Position numbers and translations under genes: made by a program. From Nemertoderma westbladi (taxonomy: Eukaryota > Animalia > Xenacoelomorpha), in the NCBI GenBank assembly GCA_032718475.1, contig JAUCBJ010007443.1, forward strand, positions 25,500-89,499: a DNA stretch of 64,000 nucleotides, given 5' to 3'. This document shows, piece by piece, positions 50,901-63,800 of this stretch; the first letter of the stretch is position 1, and every line of letters starts with the position of its first letter. Under the pieces are notes generated by a model that ran no database searches, was not told the origin of the DNA, and saw only the letters and a program-made list of their open reading frames with translations.

Positions 50901-53900
50901 CCATGGCTGATCTCATGTCATTCTTAAATGGAGAGGTAAGATTACAGCTCCTAAAGCAGTCCCGAGAGAAGACACCGGAAAATAAGGTAATTGAAAAACC
51001 CGTTTCTAGGAGAAAGGTCACCCCAGTGTGTTATGGCCAATGATGGCGAAAGCCAAACCTCTCAGGAGGAGAACAGCGGGAAAGACACCAAAAGATCTTA
51101 CTATGTCAACAAAGCACCTAAAGACGTAAGTAAATTTAAGTCTCGAACCAGTGACAGGAGAGAACAGGTAACAAAACTCCTCCTACATCTCCTAAGAGAG
51201 TTCATGGAAGAAAGCCCGAGGAAAGAACGAGTGTGCACAACACTACCCAAGGTAAAGTAAGTAACATCAAACCAAAATGTGCGCTGTGCGACGGGCCCCA
51301 TCGTTTAAGTGTGTGTGATGAATTCTTAAAGAAATCCTTAAAGGATAGACGCGAAGTCATGTGGGATAAGCGGTTGTGTTATAATTGTCTCAGACAAGGA
51401 CATCAACGGAGAACCTGTTACTAGACGCGAGGTGTGCTAAGTGCAGCGCGAAACATCATATCTTGCTGCACACCGAATTCGAAAGAAACAGCCCGAGTCA
51501 GGTAAGTGAGTCCGAACTACATGTCCAATTCAGTGATGTGAATGACACTGATCACAGTTTTGAGATGGAAGGATTTTACACGGACGAATTTTCCGATGAA
51601 AACGAATCCTGCTATATGATAAACACCGCAGTGTATCGAGCACTTACGTATGAGACTGAAACCGATAGTGAACTCCCCCTAACTGTTCCTGACAGACAAC
51701 CATCTTGGAAAGTGCCAACTTCCAACGTAGGAATCCGAGAATTTCCAGTAGTGCAGTTGAGAGTCCACGGGTTAGAAAAGAGCTATATAGTGAATGCCCT
51801 CCTTGACTCCGGCAGCACAGGAACATTAATCGACAAAGAACTAGCCGAAGACATCTTTACTGGACAACCCAAGTTCCGAACTAAGTTGAACCTTTCAGGA
51901 ATTATGCAGGTTTGGAAATCTACAGTAGCTACAGACTACTATGTAGGCGCGTTGTCCACCCCCCAGGATAAACTAGGAGAACACAGTATAAGGTCAGTAA
52001 AAATGGTGGCGATAAAGAACTTCGCTACCAGCCAAGTGGAACCTTATAACTGGGATGAAGACGATTTCACCCAGCAGCATGATATACCTAGATTCAACAC
52101 CGACTACCCAGGGGTACAAATACTCGTCGGCCAAAATGCGCATGAGGCGCTTGAGACATTAGAGAAATGGCCTGCTCAACTGCAACCACTGCAAACCTAT
52201 GCGGGAAGAAATAGAGTAGGCTGGTACTTTACTGGACCTTCCCGTAGGACACTCATGGAAAGGCTACCTAAAGATCAAGTCCACCAGGTGAGTGAATGGG
52301 AAGAGGAAATCAGTGAGGGAGACGACACACCTGAGGGAACACCATACTCCTCAGATAATGACGATATTCATCAACTATTCCACGAGGAGAATACCATTGA
52401 CCTCCTTACGGAAAGTGAAACTTGGCAAAACCAAGTGAACCTGTGTCACTTCATCCATCCAGCGGGACAATTCGATTACAACGACGAACTGAATGAAGTA
52501 ATAGATCGTTACAACGCGAAGAATCGCGATGAACATGCCTAACGATTCTTTACTCAAGAGGCTGTAGAGCCCAATTCCTACGATAAGGCCCTATCGGTAG
52601 AAGAAGAAAGAGCCAAGCAGATACAGGAGACGACTACACGTTTTCTTAAAGATGAAGGTAGGTATGAGATTGGTCTGCCTTTCCGACGGTGAGAACGCAA
52701 TTTTATAAACAACCGACCCTTGGCGGAGAAGAGAATTGCGCAACTACATCGACGCCTTACGGCAAATGCTACAGCTAAGGAGATGTACAAGACCCAGTTG
52801 AAGAAATTCATTGACAAGGGATACGCTGAGCGAGTACCGGAAAAAACACCCATAACTGAGAGAACGTACTATTTAACACATCATTACGTTCCCAAACCCG
52901 GTAAACCCAACGAAGTCCGGGTAGTATTTGATGGCTCCGCTCTCTACATGGGCCAATCCCTTAACTCCGAGTTGTTGCCGGGACCCAACTTACTCCAATC
53001 CTTGTTGGGAATACTCTTAAGATTACGACAATATTCGATCGCTTTCGCCTCCGATATAGAAGGCATGTTCTTACAAGTTAAGGCGCTGGATAGGGATTGA
53101 GACAGCCTACGATTTCTGTGGTGGCCTGAAGGAGACCTCAACCAGAAACTGGTGGAGTACTGGATGACCATCCAGGCTTTTGGGATCATCTCGAGCCCTT
53201 CAAATGCCTGCTCAGTAGTGCGCACCACTGCTGATGACAACCGGGACGCCTTCTCCAAAGAAGTTATCGACAACATCAAATGGGATATATACATGGACGA
53301 CAATTTAAAGTCCCTCCCATCGGTGGAAGAAGCCATTGATGTCGCCAAAGGAACGGTAGAGTGCTTGAAAAGAGGTGTATTTCAATTAACTAAATTCACC
53401 AGTAACTCCCGTGAATTTCTGGAATCGATCCCGGTAGAAGACCGAGGAGTTAAAGATCTAGACCTTATCAAGGACGATCTTCCAGAAACCAAGATGCTTG
53501 GTTTGAAATGGGACACAGAGAGAGATATCCTGTTTTTCCAGCTAAAACAGTGAGATAATCCAATTCGGACTAAACGGATTTGTCTAAGTATCCTGAGCAC
53601 TTATTTCGATCCATTGGGATTTATTAGCCCAGTTATATTGATTGCTCGGAGTTTAGTACAACAAATGTGGCTTGAAAACCACTCATGGGACGATCCACTT
53701 AAGGGAGAACTATTAAAGAAGTGGATGAAATGGGAAGATTCTCTCCCATCCATCGAGAACTTTATAATTTCCCATTCATATTTTGGTTATGTTCTCCCCA
53801 CGTATTCCTATCAACTCCATGTGTTTGGAGACGCCAGCAACATGGGAATAGGTATAGTAGCCTACCTGAGAGTTGAAACTCCGGATGGAATTAAGGTCGC

Positions 53901-56192
53901 CTTGGTTACCTCTAAGGCCTTGATAAACAACAAGTTGAAAGTTCCTCGAGCGGAGTTAAAAGCGGCTCTATACGCTACAGCCATCGGCCGGAATGTAACA
54001 GAACAGATCGACTATCCACTGGAGAAAACTGTCTATTGGACCGATGCTTTACTCGTGTTGGAGTATATAACCAATGAAGTCTGTCAGTTCAGCGTCTTCA
54101 TTACCAACAGAGTAGCCATTATACTTAGTCGCACGAAGATAGATCAATGGAGACATTGCCCTGGGACGATTAATCCAGCCGACATCGCCTCCAGGGGAGC
54201 AACTCCACAAGAACTAATAGATACTCCAGACTGGTTAAAAGTAAAAGTCGGGTTAGGTGGACCCGACTTCCTAAGCAAGGAAGAGGATGAATGGCCTCCT
54301 CATCTTACCACGGCGGAGATTAGACAAGCCAAGGGAGCGGAGAAAGTCAAACCTAAAACCCGGGCGAGTAAATCGAAGTTATTTAAACCCGTGATAGATC
54401 TGTCTGTATTACACATTTCTGGAGACGAAGCCTTGGATCCAAAACCCCCAGCCACAAATAAGTCTGTTGTGGAAATCAGAGAGAGAGATTGGAAATCTGG
54501 AACAATAGACGTCTCGCAAGGACTCTCACCTCTCCTGCAGAGAGCGATGCATCACTATAGCTCCTGGAATCGGCTTTGTAAGGCCGTTGCTTATTTAAAG
54601 CGATGTTTTCATCATCACTACTCCAGGACGAAGATCGCTAGTGATACCGCTCCACTGACATCTGCGCAGGTCCATGTTGTTAAAGATCTTCCTAAATACA
54701 AGATATCAGACAGATTTCTGAAGGAGAGGATCAGTTACCAGGAGCATGAAGAAACAAATAAGCAGATACTGAGACTCCTGCAATGCTATGAGGATTCCGA
54801 TAAGTATTTCCTGTTGTTGAGAAATCCACAGATGCGCTTAAGGGATCGTTTCTCTAGCACAATGATAGATGGGTTAATACGCGTTGGAGGAAGACTAACT
54901 AATGCTCCATTATCCTTTGACACTAAGTTTCCCATACTCATTAGAAATCTTGAAATACAAATCAAGATGATTGTAGATGCTCACAGTAAGCTTTACCATG
55001 CTGGTAGAGAATGAGTTCTTAGCGAAATTCGAACTCGCTATTATTTTCATAAACCCCGTAGAGCTCTGAACCAAGTTCTTAGGAACTGCATACCCTGTAG
55101 GAAAGCATTTAGTAGGCCTTTAACACAGCGAGAGGCAGAATTACCTAGGGAACGAGTAAGCTTCTATGAACCACCCTTCACAAATACCGGCGTGGATTTA
55201 TTTGGCCCTATTGAAGTATATCGTGCTAGGACTATAGTCAAGAGATGGTTGTCATCTTTGTCTGCATTACTTGTAGAGCTATCCATCTCGATATGGTGAA
55301 TGATTTATCTACCAATAGCTTCATATTGAGCTTATGCCGACAGATCGCTCGCTTTGGAACTAGTAACACGATGAGATCTGATAAAGGAACGAACTTCATT
55401 GGTGCCAACAATGAAATCAAGGCTTACGTCAAAGATTGGAACCAAAGACAGGTGGACGATCAGCTAAGGGTAACCGCTTCTAGCTGGACCTTCAACGCCG
55501 CCAACGCCCCTTGGTGGGGAGGAAGTTGGGAGAGATTAATCAGAAGCATGAAGACCGCATTTCACTTTATAGTGCCGTGCCACGCGTATCTCACCGACGA
55601 ACTTTTGCGGACGTTAATGGAGGAAATCGCTGCCTATCTCAACGAGAGACCGCTTATGCCAGTCTAATCGAGTCCCGATTCCCTGGAAGCGCTAACACCC
55701 GCGCACTTCCTACTGAAGAAACCTGTAGCCATGCTCCCACGATCGGAAATCACGGACGGAGACGAATACTGCCGGCAAACTTGGCAACTTATGCAGTTGT
55801 TACCCCGTCGTTTCGCTGACCATTTCGAAAAACATTATCTGCCTACGCTACAACTTCGAACTAAGTGGTTTGCGCAGCAAGAAAACGTCAGCGCCGGAGA
55901 CATGGTCCTTATTGTGGAGTCAGATCTTCCACGTAAGCGGTTGCAGACAGGTCATATCATCGAGACTCATATCTCAGATGACGGTTTGGTGCGATCGGTA
56001 GAACTCGTCGTCATGCGACGTAACATTAAGAAACCTGGAATTGTGTTCGAAACACAACAACTCAATCGCCCAGTTGGTCGTTTATGTTTACTGGAAAGAG
56101 ACAGAGAACTCTCCGGAAACTATGGAAGGCAAGATACTCTTCCCACGACCACCTCCCTAATCCAACCAACATCCAGGGACTCCCCAACGTGA
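47979..56192 (+). pseudogene. Decayed BEL/Pao LTR retrotransposon gag-pol
   Basis: DUF1759-like KFNGDEMKWLPF...EKLRFL...LEG, three zinc knuckles (51278-51473), protease LLDSGS, RT RVVFDGS/LLPGP/DIEGMF/YMDD, RNase H FGDAS/PRAEL/WTD/NPAD, and integrase HHCC, GVDLFGP, SDKGTNF, WERL. Domain order PR-RT-RH-IN. About a dozen stops and frameshifts. Confidence 0.96.
49148..49375 (+). repeat. Ala/Glu/Lys/Arg-rich coding repeat in gag
   Basis: Units like KAAAAAVEAERKAAAA encoded by GCA/GCG-rich repeats. Confidence 0.9.
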
Positions 56193-56200
56193 CAGCGTCT

Positions 56201-56210
56201 GGAGTGGGTG
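56201..56210 (+). other. Polypurine-tract-like sequence before a TGT
   Basis: GGAGTGGGTG|TGT, 9 bp after the integrase stop, where a BEL/Pao PPT and 3' LTR start are expected. Confidence 0.6.
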
Positions 56211-57333
56211 TGTGACTATATTATTTTATATATTTTTATTATTTTATATTTCTGTATGTACTATTATGTACTTTTATTATAATCGTTTTCTTTAATTTTA
56301 TTTAGTAGAATGTTATTTTAGCGATTATCTAGTAGATTAGTGCAATATATTAGTCTTATTACTTAATTACTTATATTATATATATTTAGTGCAACGGCGA
56401 GAAGTAATTCTTTTTCTCTTTCCTTACTGTCCGTATCATATTATAAATGCGTGACTACAGTAAGATGAAATATCCGTACTTATTAAAGTACAATAAAGCT
56501 CCTACTATACTCCAGTATTATTGGTAAGTAGAGTATTAGGAATGCAAAATTCAGATCCTCGTGTCTCGGCTAAACCAAGCTCTGGGTAGACCTTGGAAAC
56601 GACTTGCCTCTTCTCACTGACATTGCTTCTTGCAGTATTGCTCTCATACCGTATATTAAATAATACATATAGTAGCGTGATGTCCCTTTAACAGTAGCGT
56701 AAAACGCAAAATAAATCTGTTAAACCCTTTGACCATCTGTAATTCTAGTCGATTAAGATATCGTGGCACCCACCGATATACTTGAAAGACAAAATTTTAG
56801 AATCAGTGGTTAACGTCCCCAGACAAGTTCTGGAATAAATCGGTGCCCATCTTAAATATTACGTAGTTAATATTTATAAAAATCAAAATCTGTTAAAATT
56901 TAGATCCTTTCAAATTCTAGTCGATTAAGATATCGTAGTACTTACCGATACTCTTAAAAGGACAAAATTCCTAGAATTAAGGATCCTAGTTCCCAGACAT
57001 GTTCTGGAATAAAACATTATGTCTATTTTAATATTAAATAATAAAATTTACGGGAATAATTTAAATTCATATCCTCTCATGAATTTGATAAATTGTCATT
57101 TTATACAATTTATAACATTCCCAAAATGCCATTAATTAATAGATCATGGGAGCGGAGATTCACCCTATTAAGTATAGTAGCGTGAGAGAATCTCCAATAT
57201 ATAGTCAATAGCCGATAAAATTCATAAAATCATATATAAAGGGGAATATTGACAATTAAAGAATTACTATTAAATAGCATCCCAGATCTGTATGCATGAG
57301 AATTACCCTAATTCTACCGCTAGCTTTCCATAA
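56211..57333 (+). mobile_element. Candidate 3' LTR of the BEL/Pao element (right end undefined)
   Basis: Starts with TGT after the PPT. TATAAA at ~56442 and AATAAA at ~56492. No matching 5' copy seen. Confidence 0.45.
56710..57045. repeat. Diverged ~172-bp tandem duplication
   Basis: AATTCTAGTCGATTAAGATATCGT at 56741 and 56913. CCCAGACA.GTTCTGGAATAAA occurs in both units. Confidence 0.88.
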
Positions 57334-57465
57334 TGTCACCATAGCAACAACCACGCTAGAATTAGAACTGAGTTAAAAGAACAATAGAAAGCTTGCCCTA
57401 TTGAATAGCATAAGGAATAAATAGCACACTGCTAGTATCCAGGGATACATAATAATAACGTGACA
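57334..57465 (+). mobile_element. Short (132-bp) LTR candidate followed by a PBS-like TGG
   Basis: TGTCAC...GTGACA perfect 6-bp inverted ends, AATAAA at 57416, and TTC-TGGAAGGCAC immediately downstream. Confidence 0.5.
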
Positions 57466-57852
57466 TTCTGGAAGGCACTTGACTAACGGACAAATGACCC
57501 GAATGTGTGACAGAATGTATACAATTTGTGACAGTTGCGTGGAATTTGTGCGTTTATAGGTGAATGTTACTACTAAAGTGTGTTTACAGTAGCGAGTCGC
57601 AGTTGTGAAAGTAGCCCTACCTCTGTAGCAAGAACCTGAAGTAAATCTTGGCCCTTGGGACAGACAGTGGAGTGACTCGCGCTGAGTATTGTTGTCGTTG
57701 TGTAGCTACTATGTTGGCGAAAGGCACAGCGGCGACAGTACATTAGCGCTGAGGAGCTTGCGCTGTCCGGTGGCATCGAGGGGGAGGCAGCGACCGACGA
57801 CCGCTAGCCTAATTATGATTAATTATAATATCGATAAACTCATATAGCAGCT

Positions 57853-58398
57853 ATGACTGAGTTGATAGAAGATGATCTTGGTATCAGGGAGCGATATACC
57901 CTACCATTGCAAGTGTTTGTTGATAGTTTAATACGCGGCTACGCTAGTCAAACTACCACGGAGGACGATGGCCGTTATATAGAACTGCCAAGGTCAAAGG
58001 AACAACTCACGTGTGAATTGGACTATAGAAAATTCACCGCTCGCTATACGCATCGTAATGGTACGTATATGGACTTCTTAACTACTGGCCATCCTATCGA
58101 TTTACACGATACGGACTATGTAGACAACGAAAGGGAAATGGTTCTATTTAAATATCATACCCAGCGGAGGCGGAACGATAAACTGAGAATCGAACATGAG
58201 AATTCTATTCGAAACCAACTCGAAAGAGAAGACGTTGAAGAACCAGATAAACACAGTGACTTCAACAAATATCTGGAATTCTTGAGAGAAACATATCTCA
58301 ACATCACCAGTCAACAAAATCTCGAAACTCGATATCCTCAACTAAATAAGTCATTGAGGGCTATAGCGCCTAGGGCACCATTGAAGGCAAAGGCTTGA
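57853..58398 (+). CDS. 181-aa ORF of unknown function, possibly a gag N-terminus of the short-LTR element
   Basis: ATG-started open frame with protein-like composition, ~390 bp after the candidate LTR/PBS. No recognised motif. Confidence 0.35.
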   Translation: MTELIEDDLGIRERYTLPLQVFVDSLIRGYASQTTTEDDGRYIELPRSKEQLTCELDYRKFTARYTHRNGTYMDFLTTGHPIDLHDTDYVDNEREMVLFKYHTQRRRNDKLRIEHENSIRNQLEREDVEEPDKHSDFNKYLEFLRETYLNITSQQNLETRYPQLNKSLRAIAPRAPLKAKA

Positions 58399-58424
58399 TA
58401 TGCATCTGCATTAGAGATAATGCA

Positions 58425-60854
58425 AGCCCGCCCTGTCTATACTGGATGCTCCTCTATCAGTGTTAGGTAACCTAACCCAGGAGGCACACTTGGTTCAGGG
58501 TGTAACAAATGGACTCCTACAGTCGGCAGCAGGGCTGTAGCCATGGATAGGCGGAAGGTAATCAACCAACGGCTAGACATGCTGACAAGGTCGGTGGAAG
58601 GTAATCAACCAACGGCGACCTACTGCGAAGACGCTTGTAGGAGTTGCGACCACAAGCGGTTTACCCCCGCAACTGAAAGATATGAGTATGAGAACCCTCC
58701 AGGAGAAATACCGGCTCGGTCGTCGCCCGGGTCAACAAGGACCGCGTCCCTCAGTGGTACACCAGGCTGGGGTCGATAAATTGGCTACTGGAACAGAAGA
58801 CAGAGAAGAAAGAAGAACCAACCTGTTGAAATGTAAAAAGACACTAAAGATTGCTACAATGAATGCACGCAGGCTGAAAGCACAGAGCAAACAGGATGAC
58901 ATGGTCGCTCTGGCAATGGAATATAACATCGACATCATCTGCATCCAAGAACATCGGATTTGTCATGAAGACACTGCCATGAAGTACAATGACATTGGAA
59001 ATGGATGGACGTTAGTAACAAGCTCAGCAGTAAGAAACTCGGCCAATGCATCAATTGGTGGAGTAGGAATTCTGCTAAGCCCATTTGCACTTAAGACCCT
59101 AAACAACATCAAATCTATAAATTCCAGGGTTATGATCGCAACATTTGATGGGAATCCCAAGACAACAGTTATATGTTGCTACAGTCCAACCAATGCATCA
59201 GAGCCAGAACAAGCAGTCAAGTTTTATGAAGAACTGACTGGACTTATTAAGGACATCCCGAAACACAATGTTAAAGTCATTGCTGGTGACCTGAATGCGC
59301 AAATTGGCCCAGAAGACATCAAGGGTTACACCTATAACACCAGTTCTAACAGAAATGGGTACTTACTCTTAGACCTAATGGAAGAATGTGAATTGATACC
59401 AACAAACAACACATTCGAAAAGAGTAAGGGGAAGCTATGGACCTTTCAATACCCTAATGGAACCAAAGCACAACTGGATTACATCCTTATAAACAAAAAG
59501 TAGAGAAATAGCATGATCAACTGCGAGGCATACAGCTCGTTCAACCTAATTGGTTCGGACCACAGAATTGTGACTGCAGAGATCAGACTCAGTTTGAGAG
59601 CCAGCAAACCCAGGACAAGCAAGCAAATCAACTATGACTGGGATAAACTCAGAACTGACAATGCTGTAAAGGATGCTTATACAGTAGAAGTTCAAAACCG
59701 CTTTGAAGCACTTCAGTCAATGGATGAAGACCAATCCACCGATTCAATATACCAGAATATAATAACAGCCCACAAGGAATCAGCTAAGAGGCATATCCCC
59801 CAGAAACCTAAACGAAAACAGTATGTGCCATGGCAAAACTCTGAGGTTACTTGTAAGAGAGAAGATCTTAAGATAGCCTACAAATTTAAAACCAAACAAC
59901 CAACAACCGAAAACATTAACAAGGTTGAGAAAGCTAAGGACAATCTTAAATTGGCCTACAACATCAGCCAGGAAAAGTACATACAGGATAAAACTGAAGC
60001 AATTACAACTGCTCACATACAGCAACAATCAAGACTTACCTGGCAAACTGTAAATGAGGTATCTGGTCGGAAAAGTTGTGCAAAGGGGCGCCTCAAAGCC
60101 GATAGTCCTGAAGAACGTGTTGGGAAGTGGAAAATCACTTCAGCAACTTGCTTGGGCAGCCACCAAACATCGAGGTCAGCCCTACAAGGAAAATATATGA
60201 CAAGACACTACCTATAGAAACAGGGGACTTCACACCTGCCGAACTCCAAAGAAGCATTAAAAGCATGTCCAATAATAAAGCGAGTGGATTAGATGAAATC
60301 CCAGCGGAGGTATGGAAAACCGGAGTGCTAAATAGACCATTATTGAATGTTTGCAACTGGATGTTAAAAGGGGAAAAGCCACCACCAATTTGGACTAAAG
60401 GTCAACTAAAGCCTCTCCCCGAGAAAGGAGACCTCGGCATACCAACAAACTATCGTGGGATCTGTCTGCTTGTGGTAGCTGCCAAAATATACAATAAAAT
60501 GATTCTATATAGGATTAGGCCTCACATAGAGAAACTACTGCGTAAGAGCCAAAACGGATTTCGACCAAGTAGATCAACAATAGCTCAGATAATTGCACTA
60601 CGGAGACTGATTGAAGGAATTAAGTCAAAGAATCTCCCCGCAGTCATGACTTTTGTGGACTTCAAGAAGGCATTCGACTCCATACATAGAGGTAAAATGC
60701 TTGAAATCCTAAGAGCTTATGGAATACCAGAAGTAATTGTTGCTGGCATTGGATTGCTATATTGTGACACAGAAGCGCAGGTACTCTCACCAGATGGTGA
60801 AACTGAGTTTTTCTCAATCCTGGCTGGCGTACTGCAAGGTGACACATTTGCACC
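58425..60854 (+). mobile_element. RTE-clade LINE, 5' part (UTR, endonuclease, N-terminal RT), degenerate; left boundary approximate
   Basis: IATMN, IQEHR, GGVG, YSPT, GDLNA, QLDYIL and GSDH (APE); NYRGI, SQNGFR, FVDFKKAFDS and GVLQGDT (RT). Stop at 59501, frameshift at ~60130, cut at 60854. Confidence 0.93.
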
Positions 60855-63800
60855 TGTAAAAGCTTTTACTGAATTGTCCGGTTATTTTTCCTTATTTTTC
60901 CCGTAAAGTACTCTGTAGTTGGTTTACCAGGCATAAAAAGGCCGTGTCCTTGCTGTACTGGTGTTTTAGCGGACATAAGAGCTATTTCTTCTGTATTTGT
61001 ACTTTAGAGGACATAATCCGTAATTCCGTGACGTAAAAGCTCGATACTCTTGAAAACAGTGTCGCTACCATGACGACAGCTAGCAGCTGATATTGCCACG
61101 TCGACGTTTCTTTGTTTCTCTGTTCTCTCGTTGTTCATGTTGACCAATCAGAGCGTTTGTTGTCTTTGTGTTGGAGGTATATACAGAAACTCAGTAGTTC
61201 AGTGTTATGTTTTTTGCCCAGAAGCCTAAGAACCGGCTTTGGCACCTCCGTGTTTTAGTTTTTAGTCTTACACTAGTAGGTTTAATTATAAAAGGGCATA
61301 TATCCTTTAACTAACGACTACCTGACTCATGGAATCACTGCTAACTGATCATACATACTGACTGCTGAAACATTGCAAACTCATAACAATCAGTGTTTTC
61401 ATTGTTGTTTTATACTGCTATTTACCGTCAGTTCTTCATAATATGGTTGATGAATAATTATATTTGAATAACGATAAATAACCCCGAAACCCAATATTCT
61501 TGATATACCGAAGGTAAGAGAGAAGGGTTACAGATAAACGATTGTGACTTATGTTAAAGTGGTTTGAAGTGAATCTAATGTTATTTGATAGACCCTACAT
61601 GAGTCAGTCTGTGTTCCTTTTATATGTGACTAAAATCAGTGAAGATCGGCAGATTAGTGTGCAGTATTGTGCAGCATTGTGTATGAGTGAGTCTGTTAAA
61701 GAAGCATTCCTAAAGAATGCGCCATATATGTGAATTATAATTAAGCCATATCGTTGTGAGTAGTTTAAGTCATAACTCTGTTTATGTAGATAAAGTGCCA
61801 CGTCCTAAAGGAACTGTTAATATTCCCGAAGGTAAATAATATTGTCAGAGATTATATAATACTGTCAGTCGAATAATACATTAGGCTTACATAGCAATAA
61901 AATTAAACCGTCGAACCCAATCTCCCGGGAATATCCAGCGGGTGAATGGTCGCGCACGGATTGGTTTCGACTAGTGTAGTGAATCTAATACTTGTCATAC
62001 AGTCATAGACTAAAAAACTGATTTAATATCTAGAAGACATCTTAATTTGGTGGGTTAAACTGCCAAAGGTCTGAAAGCGCGAACATTAAAGGATATTGCT
62101 TCTTTGTTGCAGTAAGCAATAAAGTTGAAAGTACCGGTCAACCGGTACATCTGTAGGTCAGTAGGCCCAACCGCTAGAACCGGTACTGCCGTATAAGTAC
62201 ACTAGTATTATTCGATTTGATTGTTGTATACCGGTAGGCTGTTTAAGAGATTAGGGACTGTACACCCCTTGTTTCTTTTGGAGCTTACTTATTTCTGTCA
62301 GTTTTATTTGTTTGTAGGCCAGTATTGAACAGAAGGCGTGTAAACCTGATCAGATTGTACAGACGATTTGTAGGCTGAGCTGTTGTCTGATTGCTGTTAA
62401 GTCCGAACGGATTGCAGTGTGTGTAGATCACCTGTCCGATTAAGTACGATTAGGAAGTAGGGGCAGCGAACGCAGTGAGGTAAACCCCCAACTAAAGAAT
62501 AAGTCGCACTACTGGGTTAGAGCGCATACTCCCTAATCATTTCGGAGTCTGCATGTCCTGTAGTTTATTTAGGCTTGAGAGTAGTCTGCCATCGTTTAGT
62601 CTGTACTTTGTTTGTGTAAGTCTGTACGGGTAGCGTATAATTTTATTTAAATAATTTGTAGGCTGGATAGTTGTCTGGCTGTTATTAAGTCTGAACGGAT
62701 TGCCGCGTGTGTAGATCATCTGTCCGATTAAGTACGATTAGGCAGTAGGGGCAGCGAATGCGGTAAGGTAAACCCCCAACTAAAGAATAAGTCGCACTAC
62801 TGGGTTAGAGCGCATACTCCCTAATCATTTCGGAGTCTGCATATACCGTAGTTTGTTTAGGCTTGATAGTAGTCTGTCAGTGTTCGGTCTGTATTTTGTT
62901 TGAGTAGTTTGTACGCGTAGCGTAATATTTATTATTCAGAGTTTATGCGATTATTCGCAACATTCAAGTCCCCAAGTTTGTTCCTACAGTAATTGTGTTT
63001 GTTATACATACCGCTATAGTTAAATTAACCTCGGTACTACACGGGCTGCTCGGCGTAGGTAAAGACTGGTGATTTTGTGCATCGGTCACTCCAGCAGATG
63101 CCGTGGTTCTTTTAGCTGTTCAAGTATATTTAATTACTGATTATCTGTTATACAAGTACTCGTACCTAATTTAGGGTTTAGTGTACGGTACTTTCCGAAG
63201 TAATTATTGTAGGCATTATATTTGTGTTGTAAAGTGGTTGATAGGCACATTCGATTAGCTCTATTAACTTCTAGGTAGGAACACTCCGTGATACATAACG
63301 TAGAACCTATAGCGATACGGCTATAGGTCGTCAGGCGGTGGTATTTTCCTATCTAGACAACGCAGTGTATTTACTACTACTTATTATTTCAAATACCGTA
63401 GTACCCTGTCCGTGTAATAACCGGTTTTCTAACCCTTTGTTAGGCTGGTTTGTAGACTTCTTGTAAAATTACCCTAAAAATTCGTATTTTGCGTTTTTGT
63501 AAATTTTTGCATTTATTTAGAGATTGTAATCTCACCCGAATTGTACGTAATTTGTAGTATTAAGTAACTTAGGTAAATTAGAATTATTTGTTTTAGTGTC
63601 CTATACGTAACACTTCACTGAAAGCGCACCGCTTTGTGTAGTGATTACCCCCAGAAATAATAACATTTATTTCAAACATTGACAAAACCCATTAAAACGG
63701 GTATATATAAATTATAAATCAAATCTAACGATTTATAAATAGTAGGCCTACCATATAACAATTAGGTCTCAATATCAGTTGGATTACTGCTCAAATAACG

